A stretch of DNA of 63,530 nucleotides from an uncultured Clostridia bacterium (lineage in GTDB: Bacteria; Bacillota; Limnochordia; DTU080; RSA5), in NCBI GenBank assembly GCA_964424335.1, contig CAYRIY010000001.1, positions 60,340 through 123,869 on the forward strand, written 5' to 3'. The translations under genes were made by a program, and so were the position numbers. How positions within the stretch are numbered: position 1 is the stretch's first letter; every line of letters begins with the position of its first letter. Below are positions 17,083 through 26,501 of this stretch, piece after piece. The notes under the pieces were generated by a model. That model did not search any database. It was not told the origin of the DNA and saw only the letters and a program-made list of their open reading frames with translations.

Positions 17083-20000
17083 ATGGTCATGGACAGTAAA
17101 GCGCTGAAAGGAAAGAGGTTCATCGGCATCGGCATCGCATTGATGTTGATGGCTCTCCTGGCGCCGACGATCGCGGGCGCACAGACTTCAAGCTCCGCCG
17201 CAGAGACTGCGGCGCCCGTTGTGGACGATTTCTTGGCGCAATTCGACATGTCGCGCTTACTAGAGCCGCTGTACGCCGAAGCCATGCCCGAGTGGGAGGC
17301 ACAAGGGCTTCGTCCCGTGTCAGACTTCTATCTGGAAGTAAACGGCGCCGACTTCGTCATGCACGAGGGTCAGACGGAGCCCCGGACTGTGAACGAGTTT
17401 GAGGGCCTTACGGGCGAGATCCTCCTGTGGGAGGAAGAGGACGACACGTACCATTGGGATATTGAGGTGCCCGAGACCGGCCTATATTGGATCGGCTTCG
17501 AGTATTATCCCCTCCCGGGCAAACGCGCCTCGGCGATGCGGGACGTGCGCGTGAATGGAGTCTATCCATTCAGTGAGGCCCGACGTCTAACCTTCGAGCG
17601 CGTCTGGCGCGACGCCGGGCTTCCCCAGCAAGACAACCAGGGTAACGATATCCGCCCACGCCAGATCGAAACTCCGGCGTGGCAATTCAAGTACTTCGAA
17701 GATCCCGAAGGCATGTACATCGATCCGTTTTACTTTCCGCTCGAGGCCGGTGTAAATAGGATTACGATCCACTCGATCCGTGAGCCGATGGCCATTCGGC
17801 GGATCGTAGTTCGGTCGGCAGAGCGCCTTCCAACGTATGCCGAAGTGGCTCGTACCTATGCTGAGAAAGGTTATCGAGAGGTCAAGGACGTCGCCATCAA
17901 GATTCAAGCAGAGACTCCTTACCTAAAGTCGGATCCGACCATTCGCGCCGAATTTGGGTTTGATCCTCTCTCCGATCCGCCTTCCGAAGGGTATTGGCGA
18001 CTGAATGAGTTTGGCGGTTGGCGATGGCGTAAAGGTGGACAGTGGGTCACTTGGAAGTTTACGGTCCCTGAGTCCGGTCTTTACAAAATCGGCATCAAGA
18101 GCATTCAAAACTGGCGTCACACGCCTTCAGCGCGCTCGGTTCTCATCGATGGCGAGTTCCCCTTCGAAGAGATGAAGCACGTTGTGTTTTCCTACGATCG
18201 ATACTGGGGCATCAACGCCATTGGCGATCGTGACGGCAATCCATACCTCTTTTACCTCGAAGAGGGCGAGCATACGATTACGATGAACGTCAAAGTCGGC
18301 GACAACGCCGAGACGATCCGCGTGCTCGACCTTACCACACGAGAGCTTTCATATATTGGACGCGCCATTACGTACATCACCGGCCCCGACCCAGATCCCT
18401 ACATGGAGTGGGAAGTTCACAAGCGGATTCCGGGCCTCTTGCCCAAGCTCGAGGAGATTCGGACGCGACTATTGGTCGAGGCGGATCGCATTCGCAGTTA
18501 TGCCGGAAAGAACGTCGACATTGCTGAAGTTTTCAACCTGACAGCCCATCAACTTAAGACGATGATCGACGACCCGTACAAGATCCACACGCGCATCAAC
18601 GAGTTCGGTGAGATGCAGAGCCGTCTGGGCTACTACGTGCTTGACATGCGTTACTCGCCGCTCTTGATCGACTACTTCTACATTGCGGGGCCCGATGAGA
18701 AGTTTCCGCAGGCCAAGGCGCCGTTGTTCGAGCGGATCAAGTATCAAGTATATGGCTTCCTCGAGTCCTTCACAAAGGATTACACCGGAGTCGGCAGCAT
18801 TTACGACGAGAAAGAGGCCTTGGAGTTGTGGGTGGCCTGGGGTCGTGAGTGGGCCATGGCGATCAAAGAAATGATCGAAGAAGACTTCACGCCAAATACG
18901 GGCATTCCGGTGAACGTCAACTTGGTGCCCGCAGGCTCTCTGACGGCGCAAGGCACGTCGGTCATCTTGCTCGCCGCCGCTTCCGGCAATGCGCCAGACA
19001 TCGTCTTTGGCGCTCAGCAAACGCTGCCTGTCGAGTTTGCCATCCGCGGCGCGGTCGTCGACTTGACGCAGTTTGACGACTTTGAAGAGGTCATCACGCG
19101 GTTCCGCCCGGGGATGTTGACGCCTTACACGTTCCGCGACGGCGTCTTCGCTCTGCCCGAGACTCAGTCGTTCAACATGATGTTCTACAGAATCGACATC
19201 ATCGAGCAGCAGATGGGACTCAAGCCGCCGGAGACATGGCAAGATGTGCTCGAGATGTTGCCTGAGCTTCAGCAAATGGGTATGAACTTCTACTACCCAA
19301 GTCCGGCCCAAGGACCCGCGGCCGCGCTCAGCCTGGCTCCGTTCCTATACCAATACGGATCGGATTTCTACACGGACGATGGCCTGCGTTCACGCCTGGA
19401 TACGCCCGAATCATTGCAGGCATTTAGATTCTGGACCGACCTTTGGGCTCAGTTCAAAATTCCAATCGAAGCCAACTTCTACAACCGGATGCGTACAGGT
19501 GAGATGCCGATCGGCATTGCCGACTACTTCACGTACGTCCTCCTGTCGACTGCAGCGCCGGAGCTTACCGGATGGTGGAAGATGGTCCCAATTCCGGGAA
19601 CGCGCACGGCCACCGGTGAAATCGACCGTTCCGCCGGCGGCAGCTCGACTGCGGTGACGATCTTTACTGACTCTGACCGTCAGGAAGACGCATGGGAACT
19701 CATGAAGTGGTGGACCAGTACGGAGATCCAGACGCGCTTCGCAGAGGAGATCGAAGCGTTGATCGGCGTAGAAGCCAAGTGGAATACAGCAAATATCGAA
19801 GCCTTCAACAACCTGCCTTGGCCGGTCAGCGACCTGGAATCCATTCAGGAGCAGTGGCGCTGGTTCCGTGAGAAGCCGGTGGTACTTGGCGACTACTTTA
19901 CGCCTCGTCACGTGGTGAACGCTTGGAACCGAGTCGTGCTCGAAGGGATCAATCCCCGAGAAGCGATCGAGCGGGCGGTTGAAGACATCAATCGCGAGCT

Positions 20001-20121
20001 CATTCGAAAACAGGAAGAGTTCGGCATCGAGATTCCGGAAGATATGAGACGAGAACTCTTCAGAGGCATCAACACGACCGGAATACGGGGAACGTTGCAA
20101 TCCCGACCGGGAGACGAATAG
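17083..20121 (+). CDS. Giant (1012 aa) extracellular solute-binding protein: two CBM-like modules plus a family-1 SBP domain
   Basis: Signal ...LLAPTIAGAQ (no Cys). aa ~85-245 and ~270-415 are paralogous (WDIEVPETGLYWIGFEYY..RDVRVNGVYPF vs WKFTVPESGLYKIGIKSI..RSVLIDGEFPF). aa ~560-1000 look like a typical sugar SBP. Confidence 0.85.
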   Translation: MVMDSKALKGKRFIGIGIALMLMALLAPTIAGAQTSSSAAETAAPVVDDFLAQFDMSRLLEPLYAEAMPEWEAQGLRPVSDFYLEVNGADFVMHEGQTEPRTVNEFEGLTGEILLWEEEDDTYHWDIEVPETGLYWIGFEYYPLPGKRASAMRDVRVNGVYPFSEARRLTFERVWRDAGLPQQDNQGNDIRPRQIETPAWQFKYFEDPEGMYIDPFYFPLEAGVNRITIHSIREPMAIRRIVVRSAERLPTYAEVARTYAEKGYREVKDVAIKIQAETPYLKSDPTIRAEFGFDPLSDPPSEGYWRLNEFGGWRWRKGGQWVTWKFTVPESGLYKIGIKSIQNWRHTPSARSVLIDGEFPFEEMKHVVFSYDRYWGINAIGDRDGNPYLFYLEEGEHTITMNVKVGDNAETIRVLDLTTRELSYIGRAITYITGPDPDPYMEWEVHKRIPGLLPKLEEIRTRLLVEADRIRSYAGKNVDIAEVFNLTAHQLKTMIDDPYKIHTRINEFGEMQSRLGYYVLDMRYSPLLIDYFYIAGPDEKFPQAKAPLFERIKYQVYGFLESFTKDYTGVGSIYDEKEALELWVAWGREWAMAIKEMIEEDFTPNTGIPVNVNLVPAGSLTAQGTSVILLAAASGNAPDIVFGAQQTLPVEFAIRGAVVDLTQFDDFEEVITRFRPGMLTPYTFRDGVFALPETQSFNMMFYRIDIIEQQMGLKPPETWQDVLEMLPELQQMGMNFYYPSPAQGPAAALSLAPFLYQYGSDFYTDDGLRSRLDTPESLQAFRFWTDLWAQFKIPIEANFYNRMRTGEMPIGIADYFTYVLLSTAAPELTGWWKMVPIPGTRTATGEIDRSAGGSSTAVTIFTDSDRQEDAWELMKWWTSTEIQTRFAEEIEALIGVEAKWNTANIEAFNNLPWPVSDLESIQEQWRWFREKPVVLGDYFTPRHVVNAWNRVVLEGINPREAIERAVEDINRELIRKQEEFGIEIPEDMRRELFRGINTTGIRGTLQSRPGDE

Positions 20122-20133
20122 AAACTTGGGGAG

Positions 20134-20172
20134 TGTCGGCTCCGTCCGCGTCGCGCACCGTCGGAGCCGACA
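20134..20172 (+). other. Intercistronic stem-loop (11-bp perfect stem) after the SBP gene
   Basis: TGTCGGCTCCG-N17-CGGAGCCGACA, 13 nt after the stop, with no U tract. This resembles mRNA-stabilising hairpins between SBP and permease genes. Confidence 0.5.
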
Positions 20173-20214
20173 GGTAGGATCTAGGCGAGTCAAGGTCAGC
20201 AGGAGGGATTCCAG

Positions 20215-21174
20215 ATGGCACAAGCAAACCCAACGGTCGTGTCAAGGACTGACGCGGATCGCTTGACGCTCTCGGCTCGGCTTGGTGAGCTATGGAGGCA
20301 AGTTAAGCGATACAAGGCCGGATACTTGTTCATGGCGCCGTTCATGATTTTCTTCATCGTGTTTACGGTCGCTCCGGTGCTCACCGCAATTTATTTGAGC
20401 TTCACGTATTTCAACGTGTTGCAACCGGCAAACTGGATCGGGCTTACGAACTACCGCCTTCTGTTTCTTGCGGATGACATCTTCCTTAAGTCACTACACG
20501 TAACGGTTGTCTTCGCGATCCTCACTGGTCCGGTCGGCTTTATGCTTTCGTTCATTATTGCGTGGCTGATCAACCAAGTGAAGGTGCGCCTCGTATACGT
20601 GGTTGCGTTTTTTGCTCCGTCGCTCAGCGGCGTCGGTATGGCGTTCATCATGAGGATCTTCTTCTCGAACGACCGGTATGGGTACCTAAACAACTGGCTG
20701 ATCAACCTCGGTATTTTAGACGAACCATTTCCTTGGCTGTCCGACATCGACACGATGTTGGGCGTCGTGATTGCCGTGCAATTGTGGATGAGCATGGGGC
20801 CGGCCTTCTTGGCGTTCCTTGCCGGGTTGCAGCAGATTGATGAAACGGTGTTTGAAGCAGGCAAGGTTGACGGCGTCAAGAATCGAATTCAGGAACTTTG
20901 GTTTCTCACTTTGCCGTTGGTTAAGCCGCAGTTGGTGTTCGGCGCAGTGATGGCCGTGGTAGGCGCGTTTTCGATGTTTGACATCGCGTCGGCGATGGTT
21001 GGCTTCCCCAGCCCTGAATATGCTGCGCACACGATCATGGCTCACCTGTATGACTATGCGTTTTTGCGATTTGAGATGGGCTATGCTTCCGCAGTCTCAG
21101 TCATCATGTTTCTCATGATGTTCGGTTTGAGCGGCATCTTCCGTAAGATGTTGTCCACGAAGGGCGAGTATTGA
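20215..21174 (+). CDS. CUT1 sugar ABC transporter permease (MalF-like), pair 1
   Basis: Six TM segments. EAA loop EAGKVDGVKNRIQELWFLTLPLVKP. Confidence 0.9.
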   Translation: MAQANPTVVSRTDADRLTLSARLGELWRQVKRYKAGYLFMAPFMIFFIVFTVAPVLTAIYLSFTYFNVLQPANWIGLTNYRLLFLADDIFLKSLHVTVVFAILTGPVGFMLSFIIAWLINQVKVRLVYVVAFFAPSLSGVGMAFIMRIFFSNDRYGYLNNWLINLGILDEPFPWLSDIDTMLGVVIAVQLWMSMGPAFLAFLAGLQQIDETVFEAGKVDGVKNRIQELWFLTLPLVKPQLVFGAVMAVVGAFSMFDIASAMVGFPSPEYAAHTIMAHLYDYAFLRFEMGYASAVSVIMFLMMFGLSGIFRKMLSTKGEY

Positions 21175-21237
21175 TAACGGCGGGAGCACCCGTGCGGATC
21201 GAAGTTCGCTAAAAGCTTAGTCGGGAGGGGATTTGGC

Positions 21238-22113
21238 ATGGGCACACTGGTGCCTAGTTTGCGGCGAAAGAACAAGGTTGAGCGTGAGCCAATATGGATC
21301 TATGTGTTCTTGACGATCGTCGGTACGGGGATGGCCTTGCCGATGTACTTGATGGTGGTTCAGTCCATCAAACCGATCGAAGAACTGTTCCTGTGGCCGC
21401 CTCGGTTTTATGTGATGAGGCCTACACTCGAAAACTACACCGACCTGGTGGTTGCCGCGTCGCGGGCCTGGGTCCCGTTCTCGAGGTACATCTTCAATAG
21501 TGTCTTCGTCACCGCGGCAAACGTGATCTCGTACGTGCTGATCTGCTGCATGGCGGCGTATCCGCTTGCGAAAATGAGGAAGATGCCGCTCGCGATGCCG
21601 ATCTTTAACGCATGCCTTGCGGCGCTCATGTTTGCCCCTCAGGTCACCGTCATTCCCAGGTACCTGCTCGTATCGAGCCTTGGACTGGTCGATACTTATT
21701 GGGCGCTCATCTTGCCGGGGCTCGGCGGATCGTTCGGAGTCTTCTTTATGAAGCAGTTCTTGGACCAGTACCCGGATGCGCTCCTGGAAGCCGCCCGAAT
21801 CGACGGCGCCTCCGAGTGGGGCCTATTCACGAAAGTGATTATCCCGCTCACGCGGCCGGCGTGGGCGACGCTGATCATCTGGCAAGCGATGCAGATTTGG
21901 CGAGACACGTGGTCGCCGATGGTCTTTACCCACAGTGAGGCGATGAAGACGCTTCCACTCGCAGTTCAGACCATGTTTTCCGGAGATTTGGTGGTAGCGC
22001 GGCAAGGCGCTCAAGCGGCTGCGACGTTTTTGGAATCCGCTCCGCTTATTCTCCTCTTCATCATCATGCAGGCGCGAATCATCAGCACCATGGCCCATGC
22101 GGGGATCAAATAA
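21238..22113 (+). CDS. CUT1 carbohydrate ABC transporter permease (MalG-like), pair 1
   Basis: Six TM segments. EAA loop EAARIDGASEWGLFTKVIIPLTRP. Confidence 0.9.
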   Translation: MGTLVPSLRRKNKVEREPIWIYVFLTIVGTGMALPMYLMVVQSIKPIEELFLWPPRFYVMRPTLENYTDLVVAASRAWVPFSRYIFNSVFVTAANVISYVLICCMAAYPLAKMRKMPLAMPIFNACLAALMFAPQVTVIPRYLLVSSLGLVDTYWALILPGLGGSFGVFFMKQFLDQYPDALLEAARIDGASEWGLFTKVIIPLTRPAWATLIIWQAMQIWRDTWSPMVFTHSEAMKTLPLAVQTMFSGDLVVARQGAQAAATFLESAPLILLFIIMQARIISTMAHAGIK

Positions 22114-24270
22114 ATGGGGGTGCCGAATATGAGACGTCGAATGCAGAGAGCACCAAGGAGGGGTATTGCGGAGATGGCCTTGTTCCGTTTGGCGATGACC
22201 GCCGCGATCGTTCTGTTGATGAGCGTTGGCGCCCTCGGAGCCGGGTATGGCTTTCACATTCAAGAGGGCGACCGCGTCATCACTGCAAATCGGAATGCGT
22301 CGAGGCTCGTCCCGTCGCCTAAGCCGTACGTCTTTGAGCGGTCCTTTGAGTTCCTTGGCTTCAACGGCCCTCAGGACATCTTTTACGACGAGGACCGCGC
22401 TGAGCTGTGGGTCGCCGACACCGGCAACAATCGCCTGGTTCGATTGACGAGAGACGGCGAGTTCATCAGCGAGATCAGGAGCATCGTCGGTGGCGATAAT
22501 GCGGAAGTTCAACGGCTTGGCGGCAGAAACTTTCGCAACCCTGAGGGTCTGTTCGTAAACCCGGAAGGCGAGGTGTTCATCGCTGACACCGGGAACAAGC
22601 GGATCGTGCAGCTTACTTCGTCCGGTGAATTGATTCGGATCTATCCACAGCCCGAAAACCAGTTGCTGGGCGAAGACTTTGATTATCGTCCGACCAAGGT
22701 AGTCCAGGATCAGCGGGATTACCTATACGTAGTCAATCGGAGCGACTACCGCGGCATGCTCCTCCTCGACACGCGAGGGGAGTTTCGAGGCTTCTTTGCT
22801 CCCAACAAGGTCGGCTTTAGCCTTCGGCGGGTCTTGATTCGGATGTTTGCGACCGAGGCTCAGCGGGAGAAGCTCAGTAAGGAACTGCCTGCGCCTCACT
22901 CCAACATCGTGATCAGCCCAAATGGTTACCTATACTCGTCGACCACCTACGCCCCGGACAACCAGATCAAGAAGTTGAACGGCGTGGGCACGGACGTGAT
23001 GAACCGCTCGGCAATCGGCAGCAAGCGATACGGTTTCCCAATCACCAGAGCCGGCCGGGCAGTGAACGCTAGTTTTATCGACTTGACGGTGAACGAGCAC
23101 GGGATTATTTCCGCCGTCGACTCGGCCAACGGCATCGTCTATCAGTACGACGACGACCGGAATCTCCTTACGATGTTTGGAGGCAAAGGGGAGGAGAACG
23201 GCAAGTTTGGGTTCCCTTCGAGCATTGCCACGGACCGTGAGGGACTCCTATACATCCTGGACAAGGACCGGAACAACATTCAGGTGTTCCGACCGACCGA
23301 TTTCGCTCAGCTCGTCCACACCGCAAGTGAGCTTTACGTAGAAGGCTTCTATCAAGACGCCGAAGAGCCTTGGCGCCAAGCGTTGATGCTCAACACCAAC
23401 TACAACCTTGCGCATAGTGGCATTGCAAAGGCTTTTGAGAAGGTTGGACGTTGGGAAGAAGCGCTCATGGAGTATCGGTTCGGTCAAGATCGTGACGGCT
23501 ACTCCGAGATTTTCGGGAAGCTTCGGCACGAGTGGATTCGGGAGCACTTCGGTTTGACCGTGTTCCTGGTCTTTGCAGGTTTGGGACTTGCGATCCTCGT
23601 CGGACGCTTCTTCAAGTGGCTCCTCAACAAACCGTATGAGTCGTGTGGGCCGGTAGGCCGGGCAGTGCAGATGGTTTGGACCACGATGATGCATCCGTGG
23701 GACGGATATTGGATGCTAAAGCGCGAGGGTAAGGGAAGTCTCGTAACGGCGCTGGTACTGGTCGCGATCATGTTCGGATTACGTGTGGCCGACATCATGT
23801 GGACCAGCTATCAGATCGCAGACATCGATCCTCGGGACGCGAGCTTAGTCCTTGAGTTTGCACGCTTGATCTTGCCGTGGATCCTGTTCTGCGTGTGTAG
23901 TTACGGTGTGACGGCGATCTTCGAAGGGGAAGGTTTCTTCAGAGATATTGTGATCGCCACCGGCTACTCCCTTGGGCCGTACATTATGGTCAAGCCCATC
24001 GGAATCGCGCTGAGTCACATCCTTACCCGTACGGAGAAGTCGTACGTTGAATCGCTCGATATGATTGCTGTCGTTTGGATTGCAATCCTGATCGTCATCC
24101 ACATCCAAACGACGCACAACTACACGCTGCGCAAGACGTTTGGGACGGCTGCGTTGTCGATCTTCGGGATGATCTGTTTCATCGCCGTTGCCGGCCTCAC
24201 GTATACGCTTACCGACCAGATCGTCACGTTTGTGCGTGAATTGACGATCGAGCTTACAATTCGGGGTTAG
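22114..24270 (+). CDS. Membrane protein: N-terminal anchor, six NHL repeats (beta-propeller), TPR-like helix pair and a C-terminal Yip1-like 5-TM domain
   Basis: NHL motifs FNGPQDIFYDEDRAELWVADTGNNRLVRL, FRNPEGLFVNPEGEVFIADTGNKRIVQL and FGFPSSIATDREGLLYILDKDRNNIQVF. Hydrophobic helices at aa 22-44 and 480-700. The ATG abuts the previous TAA. Confidence 0.8.
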   Translation: MGVPNMRRRMQRAPRRGIAEMALFRLAMTAAIVLLMSVGALGAGYGFHIQEGDRVITANRNASRLVPSPKPYVFERSFEFLGFNGPQDIFYDEDRAELWVADTGNNRLVRLTRDGEFISEIRSIVGGDNAEVQRLGGRNFRNPEGLFVNPEGEVFIADTGNKRIVQLTSSGELIRIYPQPENQLLGEDFDYRPTKVVQDQRDYLYVVNRSDYRGMLLLDTRGEFRGFFAPNKVGFSLRRVLIRMFATEAQREKLSKELPAPHSNIVISPNGYLYSSTTYAPDNQIKKLNGVGTDVMNRSAIGSKRYGFPITRAGRAVNASFIDLTVNEHGIISAVDSANGIVYQYDDDRNLLTMFGGKGEENGKFGFPSSIATDREGLLYILDKDRNNIQVFRPTDFAQLVHTASELYVEGFYQDAEEPWRQALMLNTNYNLAHSGIAKAFEKVGRWEEALMEYRFGQDRDGYSEIFGKLRHEWIREHFGLTVFLVFAGLGLAILVGRFFKWLLNKPYESCGPVGRAVQMVWTTMMHPWDGYWMLKREGKGSLVTALVLVAIMFGLRVADIMWTSYQIADIDPRDASLVLEFARLILPWILFCVCSYGVTAIFEGEGFFRDIVIATGYSLGPYIMVKPIGIALSHILTRTEKSYVESLDMIAVVWIAILIVIHIQTTHNYTLRKTFGTAALSIFGMICFIAVAGLTYTLTDQIVTFVRELTIELTIRG

Positions 24271-24281
24271 GGTGGTCGCCA

Positions 24282-26501
24282 ATGATGCAGAGACGTAGAG
24301 CAAACTGGATTTCGACATGTCTAGCACTGGTCTTCGTTGCACTTTTGGCGACGTTGGGTGCTGCGGCGCAGGAAATCGAGATTGGAGGCGGCACCCTCGA
24401 AGGAGGCGAGAGGCTCGTTCCCGATGGGTTCCTCCTCGTGGCTGAAAATGCCAATCTGCAGCTTTACATCGAGCCGGATGTGACGCAGTTCATCGTGTAC
24501 GACCGGAGGAATGGAAAGCTGTGGCGGACCAACCCACCGGGGCCGCACGATCGCATTCCGAGCGCTTTGTGGCGCACACACGCACAGTCGCAGATCACGT
24601 TCAGCTACACGGACGCCAAGCGGCGTCAGATCAAGCAGACTGACCCGCTGACGGAAGGCGCGACGGTGACGTACGAGCCGATCCGGGACGGGGTGCGCGT
24701 CGTGTACACGATGAACACACGCGGCTTCGTCATTACCACCGATTACATCCTCGGACCGGACTATCTGGAGGTTAGGATTCCGGACTCCGGACTGCAGGAG
24801 AACGACGAGTTCGTCATTGTGTACCTCGAGCTGTTGCCGTTCTTCGGCGCTGCTACCGACAACGACGAAGGCTACATGGTCTTCCCTGACAGCTCTGGTG
24901 CGATCGCTCCGTTCCATTCAGATCACGGTCGGTATGCGAAGCAGTTCGAAGAGTACGTATATGGGCCTGAGGACTACCCGTTTGTCGAGTACGATCCGAT
25001 GAGGCCGGTCAATCGGCAAGTGCCGATGCCGATCTTCGGACTAAAGCACCACGACGGAGCGTTTCTTGGGGTGATTACCCAAGGCGAGTACGATGCAAAG
25101 GTCGTGGCTGCGCCTTCCGGATACATCGTGGACTACTACCGGACGAATGCCAAATTCGTGGTGCGACGTGAGTACCTGGCGCCGCTAAGACGGAATGCCA
25201 ACGTCCAGACGGTTGAGTCGAGACGTATTGCCGTCGATCGTGCCGTGCGGTACTACCTGCTGCCGGAAGATCGAGCAAGCTACACGGGAATGGCGCTTCG
25301 CTATCGAGAGCACTTGATCGACACACTCAACCTGCAACCAGGTAGGGTAGCTGGGGACGATGGGATCGCGCCGATCCACATTCGGATTTTCCAAGCGGTG
25401 TCCCAGCAGCAGCTCGTCTTTGATACGCTGATTACGCTGACGACGTTTGCTCAGGCGAGGGAAATCGTGGAGACCCTGAAGGCAAACGGTGTCAAGGAGC
25501 TCGACGTGACGCTCGTAGGGTGGACGCACAAAGGTTATGCCGGCCGGTATCCGCGCAGGCTCCCGGTGTCCGGACCCCTTGGTGGCGAGGCGGGTCTGCG
25601 GGCGTTCGTACAGTGGGCAAATGAACAAGGCGTAAGGGTATACCTAGACGACAACTACGTGGATGCGTACGAGGACAACGGAGGATTTTCGACCCGCACC
25701 GACGTCGTGCGCAGTCCTGCAAAGCTTCCGATCAGCGGATTTGGGATCGGCTTTGCCGGCACGCGCTATATCTTGAGCCCCGGGATCGCTCTGCGCGACT
25801 ATGCGTCTCGGGACATCCCAAGGATCGCTAACTTTGGCGTGAACGGACTCGACTTTGAGCGGTTCGGGTGGACGTTGATCTCCGATCGAAACGCGCACTA
25901 CACGGCTGAGCGCTACCAGGTGGCCGAGACGTGGTCCGAGATCGTGAAGTTGGCCCGGAGCCACATGGGCGGAGCGATCATCCAAGGCGGGAACATCTAT
26001 ATGCTGCCGCTGGCGGATAAGGTGTTGCGGGCGCCGATGGAGGATACGACACACCTCTTTGCCAGCAGGAGCATCCCGTTCTACCAGATCGCCGTACACG
26101 GTATCGTTCCTTACCACGGCTGGCCCGGCAACCTGCGGTCCGAGCCTCGCAGGGAGTTCTTGAAGAACGTAGAGTACGGCTCGTTGCCGGTGTTTGAGCT
26201 AACGTACGAGGACTCGTCGAAGTTGAAAGACGCTGAGCGGTATAATGTGCTCTTCAGTTCCCAGTACGCCGTTTGGGAGGATACGGTCCTGGAGGAGTAC
26301 AGGATTCAGGGCGAACAGATGGGCTATCTGCAAGACGTTGCCATCGTTGACCACAACGAGCTTGACAACTTGGTCTACGAGACGGTTTACGAAGATGGCT
26401 CGAGGGTCGTCGTGAACTACCGCCGTACAGAGTGGACCGATGGAAATGTGGTTGTCGGTCCCCTCGACTTCGTCCATATCGGAGGAGGGATTCGGGATTG
26501 A
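24282..26501 (+). CDS. Secreted 739-aa protein of unknown function (DUF5696-like)
   Basis: Signal peptide ...ALLATLGAAAQE. No motif I can assign to a characterised enzyme family. Size and neighbourhood match what I remember of DUF5696 genes in Paenibacillus-type clusters. Confidence 0.65.
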   Translation: MMQRRRANWISTCLALVFVALLATLGAAAQEIEIGGGTLEGGERLVPDGFLLVAENANLQLYIEPDVTQFIVYDRRNGKLWRTNPPGPHDRIPSALWRTHAQSQITFSYTDAKRRQIKQTDPLTEGATVTYEPIRDGVRVVYTMNTRGFVITTDYILGPDYLEVRIPDSGLQENDEFVIVYLELLPFFGAATDNDEGYMVFPDSSGAIAPFHSDHGRYAKQFEEYVYGPEDYPFVEYDPMRPVNRQVPMPIFGLKHHDGAFLGVITQGEYDAKVVAAPSGYIVDYYRTNAKFVVRREYLAPLRRNANVQTVESRRIAVDRAVRYYLLPEDRASYTGMALRYREHLIDTLNLQPGRVAGDDGIAPIHIRIFQAVSQQQLVFDTLITLTTFAQAREIVETLKANGVKELDVTLVGWTHKGYAGRYPRRLPVSGPLGGEAGLRAFVQWANEQGVRVYLDDNYVDAYEDNGGFSTRTDVVRSPAKLPISGFGIGFAGTRYILSPGIALRDYASRDIPRIANFGVNGLDFERFGWTLISDRNAHYTAERYQVAETWSEIVKLARSHMGGAIIQGGNIYMLPLADKVLRAPMEDTTHLFASRSIPFYQIAVHGIVPYHGWPGNLRSEPRREFLKNVEYGSLPVFELTYEDSSKLKDAERYNVLFSSQYAVWEDTVLEEYRIQGEQMGYLQDVAIVDHNELDNLVYETVYEDGSRVVVNYRRTEWTDGNVVVGPLDFVHIGGGIRD

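Noticed and set aside
18469-20223. Long antisense ORFs (18469-19311 and 19411-20223) inside the giant SBP gene. Similar antisense or off-frame ORFs occur at 3636-4283, 5227-5961, 6685-7584, 21823-22512, 28237-28887, 31074-31670, 39686-40384 and 56765-57799.
   Set aside because: All lie opposite to, or out of frame with, genes that have clear family motifs. They have low-complexity Arg/His/Pro-rich products and no ribosome-binding sites.
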